Assembly: GCA_013115145.1 (NCBI GenBank)
Contig: JAAPAO010000040.1
Span: 45,983-109,982, forward strand
Reading direction: 5' to 3'
From: Perkinsus chesapeaki ATCC PRA-425
Lineage: Eukaryota > Protista > Perkinsozoa
Length of the DNA stretch: 64,000 nt
Positions 30,638-45,155 of this stretch are shown piece by piece (position 1 is the stretch's first letter; each line of letters begins with the position of its first letter). The notes under the pieces were generated by a model. The model did not search any database. It was given only the letters and a program-made list of their open reading frames with translations, and was not told the origin of the DNA. Both the position numbers and the translations under genes were made by a program.

Positions 30638-33600
30638 ATGCAACCCCAACCACCTGGTTACAGCAGCAATCCATTCGGGATGGCTGGGGGAGGAGGAGGA
30701 GGGCCGCCACAGACCAGTCCGTTCGGACCTGGTGGTAACAATGGGAGTGTCATAAAATGGAATGATCACCAATTTGGGATGCGTCGCTCCGCTAAGGGAT
30801 TTAGTAGGTCCAACAATGGCAAATGGGCATTCCCATGGTAGCGGCGGAATGGCGGCTCCTCCACCACCGATGGGGGGAGGTATGCAGTATCAACAACAAC
30901 AACAACAGCAGCAGGGATCGGTATCACCTCCGATGGCCCCACCGCCAGGGGTAGGAGGGGGCCAATTCGGTATGCCACCACAAGGAGGGGTAATACTAGG
31001 GGGCGTCATACAGGGGGAGTATTCACGGCTTTAGATGGGTCATCACCCACCGCCACCAGCCATGGGGGGAATGTCACCGGGTGGATACGGTCAGCCGGGC
31101 GGCGGCGGCGGAGGCGGGCAGTCCTTCCAAGGGGTGGGGTTACTTTGACGTATAGTGGTGCTTAGTGTTGCTGGTGTTCTTAGCCGGGATCGTTTATGAA
31201 CCAAGGGCCACCGGTACCTGCTGCATTTGGTGGTCAGTCGGATTTTACTAACCAACAGGGAGGCAGCATGCAGCCTCAGCCAAGTACTGGCAGTTCGGGG
31301 AGCTCTTGGGGCCATCACAGCTCGCATATCAGATCAACTTCTCAGCGGCGGCTTCGGAGGGGCTCAAACGGAGGCCAGGGATGAGCAACGGGTAACTAGC
31401 ATAATATCGTGGCGGATGATGATCATAGTATGGCAGATGGCGGACAGTGCTGAGTTTTCGTCTCCTCCCCACTTTGTTCGAAGCAGTGTATCAAAGTTCC
31501 CTAACTCTTCAAGCGTACGGTCTAAGACTAAGATGCCTATAGGTAGTACATGGGGATCTCCTCATGGAACTTGGGGGCTCGTACAATCACTAAGCTGTTA
31601 CTTCGGGAACGATTTTTATATTCCTCTTTTGCCTCATAAACTGCGTTACTCTTCTCCTTTTTCCCCTTATAAAGTGAGTTATTCTTCTCCCTTTCCCCCT
31701 TATAAAGCCTCTTCCGTTTCGTGTCTTCCTGCTGCATTATAAAGTGCGTTAGTCTGTTCACCTCACGGTATCTATTATTTCTAAGGTATCTACTTCCAGC
31801 CTTTGGCTCCTGTCCCAGTTGGCTGTCCAGAAGTCCCAACAGTTAACTTTAATGCTGTTGGTGTCAGCACTGTGGTGCGATGCAAGAGATGCCGCTCGTA
31901 GGAGGAGGCGTTACTGCTGAATCTGGCATAGTAAGTGTGTTCAGGTATATCAATCCATTTGTGATTTGGGACCAGAATGGGCGTAAATGGCAGTGTAATA
32001 TGTGCGGTTATGTGGGGGACACACCACAGACGTAGGAGGATGAGGGGAAAGTGTGGTATGGGAGGGAGGGGAGGGCTGTCATCATCCAAAGGTACTATTG
32101 CCATTTGGATGATACTATGCGACGTGCGGATCGCTATGAGAGACCGGAGCTTGTAAATGGCAGTGTTGATTTCATCGCACCGGCTGAGTACATGGTAGGA
32201 ATATGCATGGAGTAGGGAGGTGAGATCGTGCTGTGACAGGTTCGACCCCCACAGCCACCAGTTTTCATGTTTCTTTTGGAATCCACGTAAGTTGCGTATG
32301 CATGCAGAGTTAGGGTCTCATACCATACTTTGATCAGATATCAAGCGGTAGCCTCGGGGGCATTGGCGACAGCCGCTGCAGCCATTAAAGAGCTCATCGA
32401 TAACCGAAGCTTTCCAGGAGGGGAGAGAGCTCTAGTGGGGATAATGACGTATGACTCCTCGGTAAGATGCAGGGTGCCGGGATCGAACCTGCGTGCTTGG
32501 ATTGACATTCTAGATTCATTTTTACAATCTCAACTCGAGACTATCGCAACCCCAGATGTTGGTAGTGTCCGATCTAGAGGACCCCTTCCTGCCTCTGCCC
32601 GATGATATCCTGGTGTCGGTAAGCCACTCGGGAATGACAATGCAGTATCGGGGAGACTGTACTCTTCTTAGGCGCAGGAATGTGAAGCCCAGCTCTCACA
32701 GTTGCTCACTAATCTGCCGGAGATGTTCCAACAGTCTAGGTATGGACTACGGTGAAGTCGGTAGTGAGGGGATGTGGGCCGTGGTCAGATCAAACGAGTC
32801 CTGCCTGGCGGCTGCTGTGAGAGCGGCGTGGATGGCTATGAAGCATGTTGGAGGGAAACTCATCATTTGCGCAAGTGAAAGACGGAGAAAAGGATGGTGG
32901 CAGCAGCTTATGCGTGGGAATCAGGTACGATACCGTCGGTGGGGCCGAGTGCGTTGAAGTCGACAAAGGAGAATCTGAGGCTGCTGAATACTGATAAGGA
33001 GATTGATATGCTCAAGCCAACCATGGAAGGGTAGGAACGAGCCGATCGCGGAGTAAAAGAGAAGACTGGTGTGATTAGATTCAAGGAGCTTGCTGGAGAA
33101 TTGGCCCGGGTTCAAATCACGGCGGAGCTATTTATTGCTACCAGCATGTATATGGTAATACCCCTCCCATGGAACAGCAGCATATATCGGATCCTTAGGA
33201 CCTTGCGTCAATAGCACCCTTGGCGCGGTATACAGGCGGGGATATAAGATACTATCCAGGTTTCAGGGCGGACGTTACTGGTAAGCATTTGCCTGGCCCG
33301 GCGGTGGCCCTCCTACAGGGCGGTGTGATTAGGGGAGAAGCTGCGGGCTGAACTGCAGCACGTCTGTACGAGAGATATGGGCTGGGAAGCGGTGATGCGT
33401 GTGCGAGTCAGCAAAGGATGGAAGATCACCAACTTTTATGGCCACATGTTCGTCAGGTAGTGGCCACTTGGATGAAATCGATTTTTGTTGAGTTATTTTT
33501 TAGGAGTCGTGACCTCCTGGTGGTCCCCAACTGTCACGAAGACCAAACTTTTTCTATAACTCTTGAGCCGGACGCTGATGTAGGATGCCTGGAGGTGCGG

Positions 33601-35556
33601 GAGGTTGGATAGCTGTGTTGTCAGGGCAACTCGGGGGCAGGCGGCGGAGGGCCAGTGGACCCCTTCGTATGTGTCCAGTGCGCCTTACTGTTCACCAGCT
33701 CAAACGGTGAACGGAGGATACGGGTTCATACTATCCAGCTGCCGACTACTGGCAACATCGATGAGGTGCGCTCGTTTCGCCAGACTTAAAGCGAGTTCCT
33801 TTCGGTGCAGGTTTTGGATACGACCGACCCCGAAGTGGCGACAGGTCTGATGGCATCTCTAGCCTGCGATAAGGCTATGGAGGCCAACAGCAAGCTGTCT
33901 GATGCTAGGAATCTGGTGAGCTAGTATCGGTAGGCATAAAAGAGAGGACGTCGTCTCAGATACAGAGTACGATATCGCAGATAGTCTCGTCAACTCCATC
34001 CCACATTGAGGCGGTGCGGCCGCTCCCACTACACGTAATCGGTTTACTCTACCTGTGTCTGGGGTGGAGTAGGTATGTATTGTAGGTGTTGGGATTGTTG
34101 AAATCGCCTATGTTCCGGGCTACCAGTGATATACCGTCTGACCAGAGAATCTATTACTGGACGAGGTGTGACCATTCGCAGTCAGCAGTACTCTACGGAC
34201 AGCTGGCCATCTCAGGCATGAGTCGATATCGGTACCGCTTCAAGCCGCGTTGTTCTATCCACGAATGTTCGCAGTGCATCAGCTTACTGGTGATGAAGGT
34301 ATAAGCCGGCTCACCTCCCTGGCGGATAGCAGTCTTCTTGGTAGGTACTGAGGACCCGAATACCCACAGGATTGTTTTGCCGCACACTATAGCATTGAGT
34401 GCAGAGAACATGACAGGGGTGAGGCATCATCTAGGAGTTGGTTGGCTATTATCATTGTTCCGTTGCTCAGGATGGCATTTACCTTCAAGAAGATGGAGAA
34501 TCAATTATGATGTGGATTGGCAAGGCTGCATCGCCGCAGCTTTTACATTCACTTTTCAACATAGCCTCGTTAGACCAGCTCAGAGTCGAATTCGGGGTAA
34601 GTTACCGAGAAGCAGAAGTAAAGTGTTATAGACTCGGTTGTTGGCGCGGCTTGCTTTATGATGTTCGTGGTGGCACCGGCGGTTCTATGCTCGTTGGTAG
34701 TGTTGCCGCCTTAGCTCTCTTGGCATATTACCAGCTCGGTGCCGGTTATGGCTTAGTAGCAGATCTCATCTCTTTTTGCTTCAGGAGGGGTGCCTTGTCC
34801 ACGAGTCGGCGGATGATACATGTAAGCCGGGCAGATGTCATTGACCGCATCTCCTATGAATAGTCATCCCCTCAGGCCAGCGAGTGCTCTCCATTATAGA
34901 CCAACTCAGATTGGACAGGTCGCCTCCGATGATGCAGCTCATACTGGTTCCCCAAGGGAACCAATACGAGGTTCGGTTCTTCTCCAATTTGATAGAGGAC
35001 AAGACGATCGGTGGGGAGAATTCTCAGCCTTCATTGGGCCTTACGTTGTACTGCCTCAGGTATGCAGATGAGTTATCAGGAGTTCCTTCATCGGATTGGC
35101 GGTGCGAATCAACCGAGAGGTGAGCTTTCACTCCTTCTCAAGGACAACGGTTGCGAGGAAATTAGACTTGTTAGTAAAAGAATCAACCTATTGATATTTT
35201 GATACATGTCGACGTTACCTGATCCGCTTTTCTGGGCAGGCCCCCTCTTTCAAGGAGTGTCCGCTCGCCCTGCTGTAGGCACCCCTCACAACCCTAGCCA
35301 AGCTCCACAGGCTATGATGCCCGGCCCTGGGCCTGCACAGATGATTGGATCGCACGGAGGTGCGCCCATGCCTCCTCCTCCCGGCGGAATGTATGGAGCT
35401 GATCAACAAGCAGGCAAATATATGCCGTCAATGCCACCGATGGGCCAAGCACCGATGGCTCCGCCTCCAATGGGAGCTCAAGGCCGTACCGCACCTCCTC
35501 CGGGAGGGCCAATGGGCCCGCCTCCAATGGGTCCGCCGCCGATGGGGAATACGTGA
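30638..35556 (+). CDS. SEC24: COPII coat subunit Sec24, paralogue 2
   Basis: MQPQPPGY start; SKTKMPIG|IYFQPLAP; VVRCKRCR; WQCNMCG; EYM|[14 protein letters not shown]; [18 protein letters not shown]; MKHVGGKL; [11 protein letters not shown]; RDLLVVPNC; [12 protein letters not shown]; Pro/Met/Gly tail ending PPPMGNT*. Confidence 0.95.
31635..31752. repeat. Intronic minisatellite, ~33-37 bp period (ttataaagtg(a/c)gtta...cttctcc)
   Basis: Two near-complete units plus two partial ttataaag-headed units in a ~245-nt intron of Sec24-2. Confidence 0.75.
32462..32513 (-). other. tRNA-3'-end-like fragment, antisense, filling a 52-nt intron
   Basis: Reverse complement reads GCACGCAGGTTCGATCCCGGCACCCTGCA. 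Aligns to intron 27930-27980 at 35 of 52 positions with a single 1-nt gap (manual alignment). Confidence 0.55.
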
Positions 35557-35867
35557 GTTTGAAATGCAAATAAGTCATCTATCTCACTTTTGTCTAGGTA
35601 CCGGTGATAGAGTATCTACTGCTTGTTCAACATTGTTTTCTTGCCACTTCATAACTGTGTGCAGTTGGCGCGGTTTTTTTGCTGAGGTTATGTTGAGGGG
35701 GTGACATATTATGACCTTTGCAGTAGAGAATAGAGAGGGTGTTGCGTTCGTCGGCGTGTTCATTGCGCTGGGGTCCCTATGCAGCCTAGCTCATTACCCA
35801 GTTCTACTGCAGCTTGAACTCTCGGAGGTTTTTCCGCAGGTTCTTTTTCTTTAGCAAGGGCTCCTCA

Positions 35868-38400
35868 CTGATCGGCTCGCCGATTACCTTGTGTGACCGA
35901 CTCAGTCATGGATGCAGCCCGACTACTGGTCAGCCCTAGTCGGCGACTAGAGCAGCCCGAGATTGAGCGTCTGACACATTGTGTCTCAGTTGTATCAACC
36001 TTGCTCACGTATTCTGCGTAGCGAATCGTGACAAGGCGTGTTGGCAGTGCCACTGCTCTGAATCAGAGGATGTTATACCGTGGCCTTATCCCATACGCCT
36101 ACTAAGCTAATAAACTATAGTACAGGACCTGTACTGAGTCAGTACAGGTACCAGTACCAGTACTACAGGTACTGTACATTGGCATACATACAAAGAGCGT
36201 GTTGCCTGGACCAGGCACCCTGGTCACTATTTTCCACCGGTAGCTGAATCAGCTCTGAGTTTTCCGAGTTTTCTTGTCAGGGCTGTCAGGTAGAGCGTCC
36301 CAACCCGACTTGGGACTAGGTTGCCGGTCTAAACTAGGTTGACCGGGTCTTCAACAACGTTCCTTTTTGAACTGTGTGGGTCTGACTTTTATGGTCCATT
36401 AGTCATGGAACTCCAATGACGGAGTCGCCTGGCCGTTGATTTGCAAGAACCTCCACCTCTCAGTTAAACTGAGTCAGTTTGGTTGGAACTTGAGTACTGT
36501 ACTCAGCAGACCTGTCTGGCAGTACCTGGCAGATAATGCCTGCTGGAAAATGGCTTTCGCTTTGCCCATCGTGCGTTATCGGCCGAGGTGGGGCCAAGCT
36601 GTCAGCGAAAACCGACGACCACCATGGGATTCCGGTCTCGACTCGATACTATCGAGGGCTATGTCTTAAGTGGGATGAGTTTTACCAAGCAATGAAGCGC
36701 GACTCTATCTAGCTTTCTGTTGTTCAAGGCATTATAAAGAGAACTCTCGATATCGCGGTCCCGCTCCTCACTGCGAGGCAAGTCTCAAAGTTTGAATTAA
36801 ACTGACTTCGAAAACTATTAAGATCTCGGCAAAACTTCTCCAAATTTCTCCTAGATTTCTCCATCGATGGAGAAATTCCGATGTTATCGATCGATAGTAT
36901 CGATCGATAACTCAGCTTTGCGGAGACAACGTCACGCCCTCCAAGTAAGCAGCGCGGCTCATTTTAATCTCGCCCAATTATTGGGCGATGATGTATTTGG
37001 CCCCAATACATTGACCGAACAAGTATGTGATTAACTAAGAGTGGTCCTCGACCGCTAGTGTTGTTTCCAAAGAGATAGCGCATGGAGAGGTGGTAAGATT
37101 TGTGGCGTGCGCACTTTTCAGCACACAACTAAGGGACAGAGCTAGGCTAGCGGGATCATCCTATGCACATTCCCAGGACTTCCGCTTGACGCCAGTTTAA
37201 CAATATCAGAATCCCGTCCCAACCCGCTCCGGAGGAGGCCTGCGGCACGTTCAGCCGTGCGATCGGACCCTGTTGTTCACAGGTCAGTCTCTTCGCACTG
37301 CATAATATGCTGCAGGCTGCCACGGTCGCTGATGTGTACTGGTGTAGCTTGGCACGGTTTCGTGCCAGCCAACTACTCCCGGTGCACTATCAGTGTCCGG
37401 CCTACGGCTCCACTCCACACCCTCTAGAGCAGGCACCAATGAGAACAACTTTATTGTGAAGTCCTGTACTACACAGTTTGCTGCAAACAGTTTGCCGTGG
37501 AATGTTTGGTAACTGCGACCTTTTCGGGCACCCTTGAAGACTAACTTATGAATGATGCTGCGAGAGATAAGGCTAATGACTCATTAGTAATGAGCCATTA
37601 GTAATGACTATCAGTATCGGTGTCAGCCACTCGTTAACTACCTTCTCCGACGTCATGCAAGAAGCCTTCTCGAAGAAGGCGCACGAGAGGATTCGAAGGA
37701 GAGTATCGGCGACGACTCGAAGACCTTTACGGTTAGACCAATACGGTTAACGATTACGAGAACTTTATCAGTGAAGTCGGAGGTTCTAAATGTATACTCC
37801 TCATCATCTCTATGACGTAGTGAGCATCGGTTAAATAATGCCTACTGTCACTATACACTTTCCACTTGTTACGAGAAATCGAACGGTTCCGACAGTAAGT
37901 TTACTGTCAATCCGGCAGACCAACACCCCCGTCATGGTGATGAGGTGATATGGTGTTGTATATAATCTAAAGCGTGATTCCTGATCAGATCAGTCTGATT
38001 ATCAAGCGGATATCATTGCTATGATAGCAATGCTATCCCACTGCTCCGAGGATCTCAATAAACTGTAGGGTCTACAGTTACTGTAGTACAGTCTGTAGCC
38101 TACGGAATGTACTACAGTGACTGTAGGCATCCTCGGGGCCCTAGTGGCTCGGAGCCTATCCGGACTCCGACGCTCAGTGATTCCGAGTCGGGGATCGAAG
38201 TTCCAGTTTCGAAGTTCCATTTGTTAGTGTTAGAGAAAGACTCATAAAATTTTTATGTTGGGGGTACCCAAAATGCACATTCACTGCCTATATCAGATTC
38301 ACATTTGATATAGGCTACCGCGCTGAATAATGCAACTTAATAAGCTGAGCCTATATTTGTATTATACAGAAATATAATATAGCAAGGTAATTGCGTTAGC
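35868..38400. repeat. Dense field of short perfect inverted repeats (mostly odd palindromes with a 1-nt centre)
   Basis: At least 21 hand-verified palindromes with arms of 6 bp or more and a 1-nt centre, e.g. 36127-36149 (11-bp arms), 36883-36911 (14-bp arms), 36970-36988 and 38014-38032 (9-bp arms), plus an even 22-mer at 36855-36876. No credible ORF. Confidence 0.9.
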
Positions 38401-39356
38401 GATTCCGGGAATAGGGCTGACTCCGTCCGGGTCTCGGGTTTAACTGTTGGTAGTTTACCCCTTGAACCAATAGACATACCTCGCGGCTCGATCGTTATGC
38501 ACTGTTTTACTAGCGATTTCGTAACATGTATATCACAAACAGGTCATCTTTCCGAGAAGTTTTCATCCTTTTCGATATGCTCGTATTTACTCGGCTTTCG
38601 CGTGTGTAAGGAAATCACATCGAATAGAATAACTTACATGTTCAGCTCGGAGTTATGTGCTGTCCGAGTTGTGCATATTTCGCACTTCACGTACTAGATG
38701 GAACACACAGCACCGGCTACCAGCACGTCATGTCTCATACTCTAACACGTGCATAGACGTATACTACAGCTCCTGGGAGTTGATCAGCTTGATCAGATCA
38801 AGTTAATTACATTTACCACCGTTTCGTGGGATGATTATACGAGCATTGCGGTCTTGCCCTTCAGACACTGCCGTACCACAGTTTCTCTACGACAGGTACT
38901 ACTATCGCAAACCAGCTTGTCCGAATGGTAGGTGATCAGGAGCGCATCGGCACTCCCAATGCTTGGTAGCAAGTTGGTAGGCGCTCCGAACGGGGGTAGG
39001 AAGCCCCCATTCCTTCAAGTGGAGCGTAATGGGCATTACTAATAGCGGAGTATTCACATGCAGTGCGTAACATCATACCGACGTTTAGCCTGCCATACCC
39101 GTAGAAGTGGTCGCACTTGAGGATGCCCCATACAGTCATGATCTGTCTGATGTCTTTTGATAGTAGCAGTGCATTACCTGATCGATGAGGCTTGAGTGTT
39201 GAGTTGGTTCGAGTATTTGCGGGTCTACCTGTGGTTGCTGACTTAATCTGGGTTATTTTTCGTATCTGTAAGATCCTAATCGATCACCGAAACGGTTGTG
39301 CGAGCGGTTTAGTGTCGCTACTGAGAATCGATCCCGGGTCGTCGCAGTTGTGCAAT

Positions 39357-44561
<5,205 letters not shown>

Positions 44562-44582
44562 AACACACTACCAATTCCCAAC

Positions 44583-45074
44583 TCAACGGGCTTCAGTCTT
44601 ATTGAGCTCAGCTGTACAACATTTCAGCAGCAATCGACAGCGATCGACGACGTTCCAGACGGTGTTTTGATACTTCTGCTGATCAGGCTCAACGAAGAAG
44701 CCGCGGAAACGGAAACATGATGGAGAGAGCTCACCTGAAGTGCAGCCGAAGAAAAAGGCGAAGGGCCGTGGGAAGTCCGGTAGGGTGCTCTTACCTTTGG
44801 AGTAAGCGATACACTGCTCTACAGCTGCCACCACACCTGCGAGGTCTCGAGGAAGCCAGCATGACCGGGTATCAGTTAAATCAACGGACTCTGCTGCATC
44901 CAGTAGGAAAAAGAAACCTACTGTCAAACGTAACTGGGATACTTGGCGCTCCTTCGCCAGCAGTGCAGCCCTCGCAGGTTCAACCTCTAAAGCCAAGTAA
45001 CCCGTGCCTGCCCGAACCTCCGCCCCCCCCCCCCACTGTATCACTGTCACATTTGCAGGCGTAAAATTGTTCAA
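44583..45074 (-). CDS. Possible small hypothetical protein
   Basis: 163-aa ORF converging on the ISWI 3' end; contains intron-like segments; no family recognised. Confidence 0.25.
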   Translation of the reverse strand: MNNFTPANVTVIQWGGGAEVRAGTGYLALEVEPARAALLAKERQVSQLRLTVGFFFLLDAAESVDLTDTRSCWLPRDLAGVVAAVEQCIAYSKGKSTLPDFPRPFAFFFGCTSGELSPSCFRFRGFFVEPDQQKYQNTVWNVVDRCRLLLKCCTAELNKTEAR

Positions 45075-45155
45075 GGAGCGTTTCCTCGCTACGTCCTCTC
45101 AGGACTGTGGAGTTTGGTTTGCCAAAGTGTCATAGTCGCGCAGACAGCGTTACAC

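Noticed and set aside
31635-31752. CRISPR-like repeat-spacer look, and the 31537-31839 minus ORF
   Set aside because: Eukaryotic intron, irregular units and no cas genes; the ORF is a by-product of the minisatellite.
33103-33118. GGCCCGGGTTCAAATC tRNA-like word
   Set aside because: Coding sequence (ELARVQI) of Sec24-2, with no cloverleaf around it.
37937-37998. Box C (gtgatga) ... box D (ctga) snoRNA candidate
   Set aside because: Too short, no terminal stem, and the ctga words belong to the local palindromes.
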